Source of the DNA: Paenirhodobacter sp.
GTDB lineage: Bacteria > Pseudomonadota > Alphaproteobacteria > Rhodobacterales > Rhodobacteraceae
Direction of reading: 5' to 3'
Assembly: GCA_036398515.1 (NCBI GenBank)
Contig: DASWPI010000080.1
Location: 9,536-73,535, forward strand
Length of the DNA: 64,000 bases
This document shows positions 1 to 10,484 of this stretch, piece after piece. The notes beneath the pieces are model-generated. The model was not told the DNA's origin. It worked only from the letters and a program-made list of their open reading frames with translations, and did no database searches. Both the position numbers and the translations under genes were made by a program. Each line of letters begins with the position of its first letter. The first letter of the stretch is position 1.

Positions 1-117
1 TCGGTGCCGCCGATATACATCCCCGGCCGCTTTCGCACCGGCTCCAGCCCTTCGAGCACCTCGATCGAGGATGCGTCATAGGTCTCGGCCTGCGAGGATA
101 GGAGATCATCGGCCATG
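1..117 (-). CDS. parE: DNA topoisomerase IV subunit B, N-terminal fragment (runs off window)
   Basis: The reverse strand from the ATG at 117 reads [38 protein letters not shown]. This is the conserved N-terminus of a type IIA topoisomerase B subunit. IGGT rather than IGDT favours ParE over GyrB. Confidence 0.7.
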
Positions 118-291
118 AATGCGCTTTCTTTTGTGGTGCCTGCGCCCAAGGGATACCGCACCTTGCGGGGGCGGGGCAAGCGCGGCTTCCGGCCGAAAAA
201 TTGCATGTGGCGGATGCGTTTTTGATTCGCGTCAAGGCGCGTGCTGGCGCAGGCTGTTATATCGACGCCTCAAGGCAGCCGGAGAGGGACA

Positions 292-1296
292 ATGAACGAT
301 CAACAAACCGTTAACACAGTGACATCCGACGTGGCGCAGGCCGACCCTGCGATCAGCACCGATCCCCCCACATCCGTCGTGGACAAGCCGCAGGAAGAAG
401 AACCCCTGCATGGCCCACAGGCCTTCCCCAAGTTGAACCCCGACCAGATCCGCCTGGCCTTTGAAAGCGGCAAATACCCCTATCCGCGTCAAATGGGGCG
501 CCCCGCCTATGAAAAGGAAAAGGCCTTTTTGCAGGCCGAATTGCTGAAGGTGCAATTGTGGGCGCAAGATACCGGGCAGAAATTCGTCATCCTGTTTGAA
601 GGCCGTGATGCCGCGGGCAAGGGCGGCACGATCAAGCGGTTCATGGAACACCTGAACCCGCGTTTTGCCCGCGTCGTGGCGCTGAACAAGCCGTCGGACG
701 TGGAAAAGGGCCAGTGGTTCTTTCAACGCTACATCCGCCATTTGCCGACGGCGGGCGAAATGGTTTTCTACGACCGTTCGTGGTATAACCGCGCGGGCGT
801 CGAGCGTGTGATGGGGTTCTGCACGCCCACCGAATATCTGGAATTCATGCGCCAGACCCCGGAAATGGAACGCATGTTGGCGCGTTCGGGGATACGGCTA
901 TATAAATACTGGTTCTCTGTCGGCCGGGAGGAACAGCGGCGCCGTTTCAAGGAACGCGAGACCGACCCGCTGAAACGCTGGAAGCTCAGCCCGATTGATC
1001 TGGCCTCGCTGGACAAATGGGATGACTACACCGAGGCGAAAGAGGCGATGTTCTTCTACACCGACACCGCCGATGCGCCCTGGGTTATCGTCAAGTCGAA
1101 TGACAAAAAGCGCGCCCGGTTGAACTGTATGCGGCACTTCCTGTCGACGCTGGATTATCCCGACAAGGACCCAGCCATTGCCATGCCGCCCGATCCGCTG
1201 ATCGTTGGCCATGCCGCGCATGTGGTGCATGGTGCGGACCATGTGCTGGGGGCGGCACTGCATCCCGCGACGCGCGGCACGACCACCGCGAAATAA
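292..1296 (+). CDS. ppk2: polyphosphate kinase 2 (PPK2)
   Basis: The ORF 241..1296 contains FVILFEGRDAAGKGGTIKRF (Walker A) and YDRSWYNRAGVERVMGF, both typical of PPK2. The ATG at 292 is preceded by GGAGAGGG. Confidence 0.9.
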   Translation: MNDQQTVNTVTSDVAQADPAISTDPPTSVVDKPQEEEPLHGPQAFPKLNPDQIRLAFESGKYPYPRQMGRPAYEKEKAFLQAELLKVQLWAQDTGQKFVILFEGRDAAGKGGTIKRFMEHLNPRFARVVALNKPSDVEKGQWFFQRYIRHLPTAGEMVFYDRSWYNRAGVERVMGFCTPTEYLEFMRQTPEMERMLARSGIRLYKYWFSVGREEQRRRFKERETDPLKRWKLSPIDLASLDKWDDYTEAKEAMFFYTDTADAPWVIVKSNDKKRARLNCMRHFLSTLDYPDKDPAIAMPPDPLIVGHAAHVVHGADHVLGAALHPATRGTTTAK

Positions 1297-1417
1297 GAGG
1301 CGGCGAAATAGGACCATCCGATGCGGTGGCCCGGCGCGTCCGGGCCGCCGCATCCGTTTCGTGGCTGGCGTTCCAGGGCTGGACGTTCAGACCCGGCGCG
1401 GATAGCGTCGCGCCATC

Positions 1418-2797
1418 ATGACCCAATCCGCTTTTCCCTCCTGGACGTGGCCCCGTTACGTCCCGCATTTTCGTGCCCTGCTGGTGCTGGGATTGCCGTT
1501 GATCGGCTCCAATCTGGCCCAGGTCGGCCTGCATGTCGTCGATACGGTGATGCTGGGGTGGTATGGGGTGCGGGAACTGGCGGCCGTGGTTCTGGCGTCG
1601 GGGCTGTTTTTCGTGCTGTTCATCCTGGGGTCGGGGTTTTCCTACGCGCTGATGGGGCGGGTGGCGACGGCGCTTGGGGCGGGGGATGAAACCCAGGTGC
1701 GCCGGGATGCGCGGATGACACTGTGGCTGGCGATGATCTTTGCGGTGCTGGCCCTGCCGGTGATGGCGATGTCGGGGCGGATATTGCTGGCGTTGGGGCA
1801 GCATCCTGACGTGGCCGCCCTGGCGCAGGAGTTCTTGCACATCGCCATGTGGGGCATGTTTCCGGCGCTGATCGTTGCGGTTCTCAAGGGGTATCTGAGC
1901 GCGTTCGAGCGCACGCGGATCGTGCTTCTGGTCACGGTTGCGGCGGTGGTGGTGAATATCGCGCTGAACTGGGGGTTGATCTTTGGCAACTTGGGGTTGC
2001 CGCGTCTGGGGCTGCGCGGGGCGGCGATCAGTTCGGTCGTGGTGCAATCGCTGACGGCTCTGGTGCTGGTGGTCTACACGGCGCGGGTACCCGAATTGCG
2101 CCGCTTCCGGCTGTTTTCCCGGCTGTGGCGCCCGGATTGGCCGGCGTTTCGCACCGTCGCACGGGTCGGCCTGCCGATCGGCATCACCTCGGTGTTCGAG
2201 ACCGGGTTCTTTCAGGCCTCGGCGGTGATGATGGGCTGGATCGGCACGGTCGAGCTGGCGGCGCATGGGATCGTGCTGCAACTGGCGTCGCTGGCGTTCA
2301 TGGTGCATCTGGGATTGTCGAATGCGGCGACGGTGCGGGCCGGGCGGGCCCTGGGCGCGGGCGATATTGCAGGGCTGAAGGATGGGGCCATTGTGGCACA
2401 GGTTCTGTCGCTGGGGTTTGGGCTGGTGACCGTGGGGGCGTTCTTGCTGCTGCCCGGTGGCCTGATCGGCCTGTTTCTGGACCCGTCCAACCCCGAGGCG
2501 GCGCGGATCATGGTCGCCGGTATCGCCTTGCTGGCGGTGGCGGGGCTGTTCCAGATTTTCGATGCGACACAGGTGGTTGCCCTGGGACTATTGCGGGGGA
2601 TGCAAGATACCCGCGTGCCGATGTGGATCGCCGGGGCCAGCTATTGGCTGGTGGGTGTTCCGGCCAGCTATGTGCTGGCGTTTCCGCTGGGGCTTGGCGG
2701 GGTCGGACTGTGGTTCGGGCTGATGGCGGGGCTGATCTGCGCCGCGCTGATCCTCAGCCTGCGGTTCTGGCGCGGGCCGTGGTTGCGTTCGGCCTGA
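1418..2797 (+). CDS. MATE family efflux transporter
   Basis: 459-aa polytopic membrane protein. The N-terminal LGLPLIGSNLAQ and the internal duplication pattern are typical of NorM/MATE. Confidence 0.85.
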   Translation: MTQSAFPSWTWPRYVPHFRALLVLGLPLIGSNLAQVGLHVVDTVMLGWYGVRELAAVVLASGLFFVLFILGSGFSYALMGRVATALGAGDETQVRRDARMTLWLAMIFAVLALPVMAMSGRILLALGQHPDVAALAQEFLHIAMWGMFPALIVAVLKGYLSAFERTRIVLLVTVAAVVVNIALNWGLIFGNLGLPRLGLRGAAISSVVVQSLTALVLVVYTARVPELRRFRLFSRLWRPDWPAFRTVARVGLPIGITSVFETGFFQASAVMMGWIGTVELAAHGIVLQLASLAFMVHLGLSNAATVRAGRALGAGDIAGLKDGAIVAQVLSLGFGLVTVGAFLLLPGGLIGLFLDPSNPEAARIMVAGIALLAVAGLFQIFDATQVVALGLLRGMQDTRVPMWIAGASYWLVGVPASYVLAFPLGLGGVGLWFGLMAGLICAALILSLRFWRGPWLRSA

Positions 2798-2802
2798 CCG
2801 AA

Positions 2803-2824
2803 ACGGCGCCCCGTGGGGCGCCGT
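2803..2824. terminator. GC hairpin between convergent MATE and aminotransferase genes
   Basis: ACGGCGCCCC-GT-GGGGCGCCGT perfect inverted repeat in the 36-bp gap between the two stop codons. There is no clear U-tract. Confidence 0.45.
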
Positions 2825-2833
2825 CGTTGGTGG

Positions 2834-4075
<1,242 letters not shown>

Positions 4076-4164
4076 TTACGCGGTGGGGGGGCATCGGGCA
4101 ACAGTGATATGGCTTGACGAGACGGCAGCCACGGGGCACGAACCGCCCATCACAGGAGGGTCCG

Positions 4165-4461
4165 ATGACCGAGACACCCGAAGCACGGCTGAAACGGATG
4201 CGGATGCGCAGCTGGCGGCGCGGCACCAAGGAAATGGACATGATATTTGGCCCTTGGGCCGATGAGAATCTGGCCGGGCTGGATCTGGCGCGGCTGGATC
4301 TGTTTGACCGGCTGCTGGATGAGAACGATCAGGATCTTTACCCGTGGATCACCGGCGCACAGCCCTGTCCCGAGGTCTACGTGGGGCTGATCGCCGAAAT
4401 TGGCGGCTTTGCCCGTGCCCGGCATGGGCGAGATCCTATGGCGAAGGGCGCAAGCCGCTAA
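4165..4461 (+). CDS. sdhE: FAD assembly factor SdhE (succinate dehydrogenase assembly factor 2)
   Basis: 98 aa starting MTETPEARLKRMRMRSWRRGTKEMD (RGxxE motif), with DQDLYPWI. The ATG at 4165 follows AGGAGGG. Confidence 0.8.
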   Translation: MTETPEARLKRMRMRSWRRGTKEMDMIFGPWADENLAGLDLARLDLFDRLLDENDQDLYPWITGAQPCPEVYVGLIAEIGGFARARHGRDPMAKGASR

Positions 4462-4533
4462 AATTATTCGCAGATTAACTGAATTTTCGGATTCGGGCGT
4501 CACTCTGTCCTCAACAAAGGTGAGGAGTGCGCG

Positions 4534-5049
4534 ATGACCTTTATGACCCCCGGAAAAGCGGCCGAGATGGCCGTTGGCGACATCGCCCCGCCCATCTTGC
4601 CCAGCTACCTGGATACCCTGGCGTTGGTGGAGCGGTTGCACCGGTTGCTGCTGGATGTCATCAAGGATGAATTTGAACGGATCGGCGTGCTGGATGTCAA
4701 TCCGGTGCAGGCGTTGTTACTGTTCAACATCGCCGAGAACGAGGTGACGGCGGGCGAGTTGAAAAGCCGTGGTTACTATCAGGGTTCGAATGTCAGCTAC
4801 AATCTGAAGAAGCTGGTGGAGGCGGGCTATATGCACCACCAGCGCAGCGATGTGGATCGCCGCTCGGTCCGGGTGCGGCTGACCCCCAAGGGGCGCCAGT
4901 TGCGCGAGACGGTGTTTCAACTGTTCGCCCAGCAGGCCGAGATGTTGGGGCGGCGCGATGTGGTCAGTGTCGATACGCTGGATGCGCTGAACCATGCGCT
5001 GCGCCGGATGGAGTGTTTCTGGGCTGATCAGATCCGCTATATCTACTGA
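4534..5049 (+). CDS. MarR family transcriptional regulator
   Basis: The winged-HTH core reads VTAGELKSRGYYQGSNVSYNLKKLVEAGYMHHQRSDVDRRSVRVRLTPKG. Confidence 0.8.
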   Translation: MTFMTPGKAAEMAVGDIAPPILPSYLDTLALVERLHRLLLDVIKDEFERIGVLDVNPVQALLLFNIAENEVTAGELKSRGYYQGSNVSYNLKKLVEAGYMHHQRSDVDRRSVRVRLTPKGRQLRETVFQLFAQQAEMLGRRDVVSVDTLDALNHALRRMECFWADQIRYIY

Positions 5050-5137
5050 CGGTATTGCTATCGCGGGGGCTATCGCTGGGGGTTGCGCTGTTGCCCGCGC
5101 TGCCGCACTCTTTGCCGGGGTGACGCAGGGGGATGGC

Positions 5138-5518
5138 ATGCAGATCGAACCATCGGTCAATCTTTTGGGTGGCCCGTTGGAGCCATGCTCGATCTCGCCA
5201 TTGACCGGGTTCTTCCGTGACGGGCATTGCAACACCTGCGCGCAGGATCAGGGGCTGCATACGGTCTGCGTGATTGTCGATGCTGAATTTCTGGCGTGGT
5301 CCAGCTATATTGGCAATGATCTGAGTACGCCGCGCCCGGAATTCCGCTTTGCGGGGCTAAAGCCGGGGGATCGCTGGTGCTTGTGCGCCGCACGGTTCCT
5401 GGAGGCACATGAAGAGGGCTGCGCGCCGCAGGTGGTGTTCGAGGCCACCCATCGCCGCACTCTGGATGTCGTCCCGATAGAGGTTTTGCGTCTGCACCGG
5501 GTGTTATGGCCATTCTGA
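5138..5518 (+). CDS. DUF2237 family protein
   Basis: 126 aa from MQIEPSVNLLGGPLEPCS... with GFFRDGHCNT and GDRWCLCAARF, as I recall for DUF2237. The upstream part of the ORF (4994-5137) overlaps the marR 3' end and is not coding-like. Confidence 0.65.
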   Translation: MQIEPSVNLLGGPLEPCSISPLTGFFRDGHCNTCAQDQGLHTVCVIVDAEFLAWSSYIGNDLSTPRPEFRFAGLKPGDRWCLCAARFLEAHEEGCAPQVVFEATHRRTLDVVPIEVLRLHRVLWPF

Positions 5519-5534
5519 CCGGGTTGGATAGGGC

Positions 5535-6575
5535 CTAATTCCCCGCCACCGGGGTCCAGATCACATCGTCGATCCGTGGTGCCGAGGTCGCCAGCATGAC
5601 CAGACGGTCAAAGCCCAGGGCGATGCCGCTGGCGGCGGGCATATCGTCCAGCGCGGCCAGGAAATCATCGTCGATCGGGTAACGCTCGCCATAAATAGCT
5701 TGTTTTTCGTCCATCTCCAGCTCGAACCGGCGCCGTTGTTCCTGGGCGTTGGTCAATTCGCCAAAGCCATTCGCCAGTTCCACCCCACAGGCATAGACCT
5801 CGAACCGCTCGGCCACGCGGTCATCGTCTGGGGCGGGGCGGGCCAGGGCGGCCTCGGCCGACGGGTATCGGTCCAGAACGGTGGCACGGCCATGACCCAG
5901 ATGCGGCTCGACCTTCTCGACCAGGATCTTGGAGAGCATGAAGGACCAGGTGTCCTCGTCGTTGACGGCGATCCCTTGGGCCCGGCATTGCGCCCGCAGC
6001 GCCGGGGCCGAGGTTTCGGACCCGTTGCAGGTGGCCAGCAGGTCGATCCCGGCATGGCGGGCGAAGGCCTCGGCGACCGACAGCCGCTCATACGGGGCCA
6101 GCGGATCACAGCTGATGCCCCGATAGCGGAAGACCGAAACCCCCGCGGCCTCGGCCGCCAGCCGCAACATCGTCTGACAATCCTGCATCAGTACGGTGTA
6201 ATCCTCGGCCACCCGATACCATTCCAGCATGGTGAATTCGGGGCTGTGCAGGGCGCCGCGCTCGCGGTTGCGCCAGACATGGGCGAAGGCGAAAATCCGT
6301 TTCTCGCCCGCCGCCAACAGCTTTTTCATCGCGAATTCGGGCGAGGTGTGCAGATACATCGGGTGCGGTTGCCCGTCATTGCCGATGGCCGAGGTAGCAA
6401 ATCCGTGCAGATGTGCCTCGTTTCCGGGGCTGACCTGAAGGGCGACGGGGTCCACCTCCAGGAAATCCTGCTCGCCCAGCCAATTGCGGATGGCGGTCTG
6501 GATGCGGTTGCGCGCCAGCAATGCCGGACGGCGATCCGCATGGCGCGAGGCTTTCCACCAAGGGGTTTCGGGCAT
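5535..6575 (-). CDS. epmA: EF-P--(R)-beta-lysine ligase EpmA (PoxA/GenX, LysRS class II paralog)
   Basis: Carries class II aaRS core motifs (FLEVDP, SPEFAMKKLLA, FRNRERGALHSPEFTMLEWY, GIALGFDRLVM) but has no anticodon-binding domain. It is divergent from efp. The start may be 6575 or 6629. Confidence 0.8.
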   Translation of the reverse strand: MPETPWWKASRHADRRPALLARNRIQTAIRNWLGEQDFLEVDPVALQVSPGNEAHLHGFATSAIGNDGQPHPMYLHTSPEFAMKKLLAAGEKRIFAFAHVWRNRERGALHSPEFTMLEWYRVAEDYTVLMQDCQTMLRLAAEAAGVSVFRYRGISCDPLAPYERLSVAEAFARHAGIDLLATCNGSETSAPALRAQCRAQGIAVNDEDTWSFMLSKILVEKVEPHLGHGRATVLDRYPSAEAALARPAPDDDRVAERFEVYACGVELANGFGELTNAQEQRRRFELEMDEKQAIYGERYPIDDDFLAALDDMPAASGIALGFDRLVMLATSAPRIDDVIWTPVAGN

Positions 6576-6671
6576 GATCGCGGCTTTCGACTGGAAATTC
6601 TGTTCTGGATGGTTTAGGCGCTCTGCCATCCGGGCGCCAGAGCCTGTCTCAGAACAACAAGGACCGCTATC

Positions 6672-7241
6672 ATGGCCAAAGTCATCGCCTCCTCGATCCG
6701 CAAGGGCAACGTCCTAGAGATGGATGGCGTTCTGTATATCGTGATCACCGCCGAAAACGTCCATCCGGGCAAGGGCAACTCGGTCACGCAGGTGGAAATG
6801 CGCCGGATCTCGGACGGGGTGAAGGTCAGCGAACGGTGGCGCACCGTGGATACGGTTGAAAAGGCGCATGTCGACGAGGCGGAATTCGATTTCCTGTATG
6901 AAGATGGCGAAGGCTTCCACTTCATGAACCCGGAAACCTATGACCAGATCGCGGTTTCAGAAGATGTCGTGGGCGATGCCAAGGTCCACCTGCGCGACGG
7001 TATCCGGGTCTGGATGCTGACGCACGAGGGCGTGGCGCTGTCGATCGAATTGCCGCAAAAGGTGACGGTCGAGGTCGAGGAAACCGAACCGGTGGTCAAG
7101 GGCCAGACCGCGTCGTCGTCTTACAAACCCGCGATCTGCACCGGCGGTATCCGTGTCATGGTCCCGCCGCATATCGGCGTCGGCACCAAGATCATCATCA
7201 ACACCGCTGAAAACAGCTATGTCGAACGGTCCAAGGAATAA
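6672..7241 (+). CDS. efp: translation elongation factor P
   Basis: 189 aa. The loop reads [18 protein letters not shown], with a conserved Lys at the EpmA target position. Confidence 0.95.
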   Translation: MAKVIASSIRKGNVLEMDGVLYIVITAENVHPGKGNSVTQVEMRRISDGVKVSERWRTVDTVEKAHVDEAEFDFLYEDGEGFHFMNPETYDQIAVSEDVVGDAKVHLRDGIRVWMLTHEGVALSIELPQKVTVEVEETEPVVKGQTASSSYKPAICTGGIRVMVPPHIGVGTKIIINTAENSYVERSKE

Positions 7242-7282
7242 CCTTGCGGCACCATGACGCAGGTCAGGTGTGACAGGTTCAG

Positions 7283-7305
7283 GGCGCCCCGCAAGGGCGC
7301 CTTTT
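7283..7305 (+). terminator. Rho-independent terminator of efp
   Basis: GGCGCCC-CGCAA-GGGCGCC followed by TTTT. Confidence 0.6.
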
Positions 7306-7315
7306 GATTTGGAGG

Positions 7316-7753
7316 TCAGGTTTTACGGACGCGGATGATCACGTCGATGCGGCTGACCACGGTGCCATCGGGCGGTGCGGGCAGACGGGCGATCTCCAGT
7401 TCCTCCGCCGGGGCGTCGGACAGGCGGTTTTCCTGTTCCCAGAAGAAATGCGGATGGTCATCGGTGCGGGTGTCAAAATAGCTGCGCGAGCCATCAACGG
7501 TGATTTCGTGCATGATCCCGGCGTCGCAAAACGCCCGCAGGGTATTGTAGACGGTGGCCAACGAGACCCGCTCCCCCGCCGACAGCGCCGCGGCATAAAG
7601 CGTTTCGGCGGTGACATGGCGGTTTTCGCCATCGCCAACCAGCAGGGCGGCCAGCGACATGCGCTGCCGCGTCGGACGCAATCCGCCCGTCGCCAGCCAG
7701 TCGCGGCCCCGTTGCTGTGCCGCTGCCATCATGATCGCGCGATTTCCATCCAT
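7316..7753 (-). CDS. irr: Fur family iron response regulator Irr
   Basis: Fur-fold protein (LRPTRQRMSLAALL, VSLATVYNTLRAF, HPHFFWE). It sits divergently upstream of fabA-fabB-fabI, the usual alphaproteobacterial position of irr. The start is uncertain (7753 to 7789). Confidence 0.8.
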   Translation of the reverse strand: MDGNRAIMMAAAQQRGRDWLATGGLRPTRQRMSLAALLVGDGENRHVTAETLYAAALSAGERVSLATVYNTLRAFCDAGIMHEITVDGSRSYFDTRTDDHPHFFWEQENRLSDAPAEELEIARLPAPPDGTVVSRIDVIIRVRKT

Positions 7754-7906
7754 GCTGAATATATAGGTCCGCATCAGGCAATGTGACAATGGAAAATTGG
7801 ACGAATGCCCGGTGTCGCACCCTGCCCGAGTTGCCTTGCCCGAGTTGCTTGCACCCCGGCCCCGCCGGGTGATAAGGGGAGGGAAATCTACGGGGGACAG
7901 GCGCCG

Positions 7907-8416
7907 ATGACAGGCTTTCCGAACAGCTTCGGGAAAGAAGATCTATTGAAATGCGCACGGGGCGAGCTGTTCGGGCCGGGCAATGCCCAGTTGCCCGCGC
8001 CGCCGATGTTGATGATGGATCGTATCACCCAGATTTCGGGCGATTGCGGGCTGCATGGCAAGGGCCATGTGGTGGCGGAATTCGACATTACCCCCGATCT
8101 GTGGTTCTTCGACTGTCATTTTCCGGGCAACCCGATCATGCCGGGCTGTCTGGGGCTGGATGGTCTGTGGCAGCTGACCGGGTTCAATCTGGGCTGGCGC
8201 GGGTGGCTGGGACGTGGCTATGCGTTGGGGGTGGGTGAGGTCAAGCTGACCGGTATGGTCCGCCCGGATCGCAAGCTGCTGACGTATAAAGTTGATTTCA
8301 CCAAGGCCGTGCAGACCCGCCGGCTGACCATGGGTGTCGCCGACGGGATCGTCGAGGCCGATGGCGAAGTGATCTATCAGGTCAAGGACATGAAGGTCGC
8401 TCTTTCCGAGAGCTGA
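7907..8416 (+). CDS. fabA: 3-hydroxydecanoyl-ACP dehydratase/isomerase
   Basis: 169 aa starting [14 protein letters not shown], with [12 protein letters not shown] and [24 protein letters not shown] (active-site His). Confidence 0.95.
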   Translation: MTGFPNSFGKEDLLKCARGELFGPGNAQLPAPPMLMMDRITQISGDCGLHGKGHVVAEFDITPDLWFFDCHFPGNPIMPGCLGLDGLWQLTGFNLGWRGWLGRGYALGVGEVKLTGMVRPDRKLLTYKVDFTKAVQTRRLTMGVADGIVEADGEVIYQVKDMKVALSES

Positions 8417-8435
8417 CCATATCAAGGAGGCCATC

Positions 8436-9665
8436 ATGCGCCGTGTCGTCATCACCGGACTGGGCATTGTCTCGCCGATCGGGAACAGTGCTGCCGAGGT
8501 TACCGATAGCCTGAAGGCAGGCCGTTCGGGCATCACCGCGAATGCGGATATGATGGAACGTGGATTCCGTAGCCAGGTTGCCGGGGCGGTCAATCTGGAC
8601 GTGACCGAGCATGTGGAAAAACGCACCTTGCGGTTCATGGGGCCGGGGGCGGCCTATGCCTGGATCGCGATGGATCAGGCGATCAAGGATGCCGGGCTGA
8701 CCGAGGCCGAGGTCTCGAATATCCACACCGGGTTGATTGCCGGATCGGGGGGACCGTCGACCTCGTCGATGTTCGCCGCACATCAGGTGGTGCTGAATTC
8801 CGGTGCGCCCAAGCGGATCGGGCCGCTGGCGGTGCCAAAATGCATGTCCTCGACGATTTCGGCCAACCTGTCGACGGCGTTCAAGATCAAGGGCATCAGC
8901 TATTCGATCACCTCGGCCTGCTCGACCTCGCTGCATTGCATCGGGGCGGCGGCGGAACAGATCGCCTTTGGCAAACAGGACACGATGTTCGCGGGCGGCG
9001 CCGAGGAACTGGACTGGACGCTGTCGTGCCTGTTCGATGCGATGGGGGCGATGTCGTCGAAATACAATGCGACACCGGATCGGGCCTCGCGCGCGTTTGA
9101 CGCGGGCCGGGATGGATTTGTCATCGCCGGGGGTGGTGGCATCGTCGTGCTGGAAGAATTGTCGCACGCGCTGGCGCGCGGTGCGAAGATATATGCCGAG
9201 GTCACCGGCTTCGCCGCGACCTCGGACGGTCATGACATGGTGGCGCCGTCGGGTGAGGGTGGTGAACGCGCGATGCGGTTGGCGCTGAAGAGCCTGCCCG
9301 AGGGCCGCAAGGTCGGTTACATCAACGCGCATGGCACCTCGACCCCGGTTGGCGATGTCGGCGAGGTCGAGGCCGTGCGCCGGGTGTTCGGCCGTGGCCG
9401 CACGCCGTTGATCAGCTCGACCAAGTCGATGACCGGGCACAGTCAAGGTGCGACGGGCGCTGCCGAGGCGATCTATTGCCTGCTGATGCTGAAAGATGAT
9501 TTCATTGCGCCGTCGATCAATATCGAGACGCTTGATCCCGCCATTGATGCGGGCGAAATTGCAACCAAACGTGTGGACAACGCGGGCCTGGATACGGTGA
9601 TGACCAACAGCTTTGGCTTTGGTGGCACCAATGGGTCGATGTTGTTGTCGAAATATCTGGGGTAG
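8436..9665 (+). CDS. fabB: beta-ketoacyl-ACP synthase I
   Basis: 409 aa with SITSACSTS (active Cys), NAHGTSTP and FGFGGTNGS. It is adjacent to fabA. Confidence 0.95.
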   Translation: MRRVVITGLGIVSPIGNSAAEVTDSLKAGRSGITANADMMERGFRSQVAGAVNLDVTEHVEKRTLRFMGPGAAYAWIAMDQAIKDAGLTEAEVSNIHTGLIAGSGGPSTSSMFAAHQVVLNSGAPKRIGPLAVPKCMSSTISANLSTAFKIKGISYSITSACSTSLHCIGAAAEQIAFGKQDTMFAGGAEELDWTLSCLFDAMGAMSSKYNATPDRASRAFDAGRDGFVIAGGGGIVVLEELSHALARGAKIYAEVTGFAATSDGHDMVAPSGEGGERAMRLALKSLPEGRKVGYINAHGTSTPVGDVGEVEAVRRVFGRGRTPLISSTKSMTGHSQGATGAAEAIYCLLMLKDDFIAPSINIETLDPAIDAGEIATKRVDNAGLDTVMTNSFGFGGTNGSMLLSKYLG

Positions 9666-9669
9666 GTGC

Positions 9670-10458
9670 ATGGCGGACTTGATGACGGGCAAGCGCGGAT
9701 TGGTCATGGGGGTTGCCAATGACCATTCCATCGCATGGGGGATTGCCAAGGCGCTGCATGCCGAGGGTGCGGAGCTGGCCTTTTCCTATCAGGGCGAGGC
9801 CTTCGGCAAGCGGGTTGCGCCGTTGGCGGCGTCGGTCGGGTCGGATTTCTTGCTGGATGTCGATGTGAACAACGATGCCAGCCTGGATGCGGCCTTTGGC
9901 CAGTTGCGGGACGCATGGGGCAGCATTGATTTTCTGGTTCATGCCATTGCCTATTCGGACAAAAACGAACTGGCCGGGCGGTTTGCCGATACCTCGCGCG
10001 AGAATTTCAAGAACTCGATGACGATTTCGGTGTTCAGCTTTATCGACGTGGCGCGGCGGGCGGCGGAAATCATGCCCAATGGCGGGTCGCTGATCACCAT
10101 GACCTATGGCGGATCCAGCCGGGTGACGCCGTTCTACAATGTCATGGGCGTTGCCAAGGCCGCGCTGGAAAGCTCGGTTCTGTATCTGGCGAATGATCTG
10201 GGGCCGCAGGGCATTCGGGTCAATGCGATCAGCCCTGGTCCGATGAAAACGCTGGCCGGTGCCGCGATCGGGGGGGCGCGCAAGACGTTCCGTCATACCG
10301 AGGCGAACAGCCCGCTGCGGCAGAACGCGACGCTGGAGGCGGTTGGCGGCACGGCGGTCTGGTTGTGTTCGGATTATGGCAATTGCTCGACCGGTGATGT
10401 GGTCTATGTGGATTGTGGCTATCATGTGCTGGGCATGCCCCAGTCTGAAAACCTGTAA
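9670..10458 (+). CDS. fabI: enoyl-ACP reductase (NADH)
   Basis: Contains GKRGLVMGVANDHSIAWGIA, YNVMGVAKAALE (Tyr/Lys) and ISPGPMKT. The ATG is at 9670. Confidence 0.95.
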   Translation: MADLMTGKRGLVMGVANDHSIAWGIAKALHAEGAELAFSYQGEAFGKRVAPLAASVGSDFLLDVDVNNDASLDAAFGQLRDAWGSIDFLVHAIAYSDKNELAGRFADTSRENFKNSMTISVFSFIDVARRAAEIMPNGGSLITMTYGGSSRVTPFYNVMGVAKAALESSVLYLANDLGPQGIRVNAISPGPMKTLAGAAIGGARKTFRHTEANSPLRQNATLEAVGGTAVWLCSDYGNCSTGDVVYVDCGYHVLGMPQSENL

Positions 10459-10463
10459 GATCT

Positions 10464-10484
10464 GGCCCGCGCAAGCGGGCCTTT
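10464..10484 (+). terminator. Rho-independent terminator of fabI
   Basis: GGCCCGC-GCAA-GCGGGCC followed by TTTT. It abuts the stop of the convergent hydrolase gene. Confidence 0.6.

Noticed and set aside
1091-2308. 405-aa ORF antisense to the MATE transporter gene
   Set aside because: It is extremely Arg/Pro/His/Gln-rich and low-complexity, as expected for a shadow frame in high-GC DNA. The opposite strand encodes a clear MATE protein.
8382-9749. 455-aa ORF antisense to fabB
   Set aside because: Shadow ORF with R/G/H/Q-rich composition. fabB on the plus strand has all the catalytic motifs.
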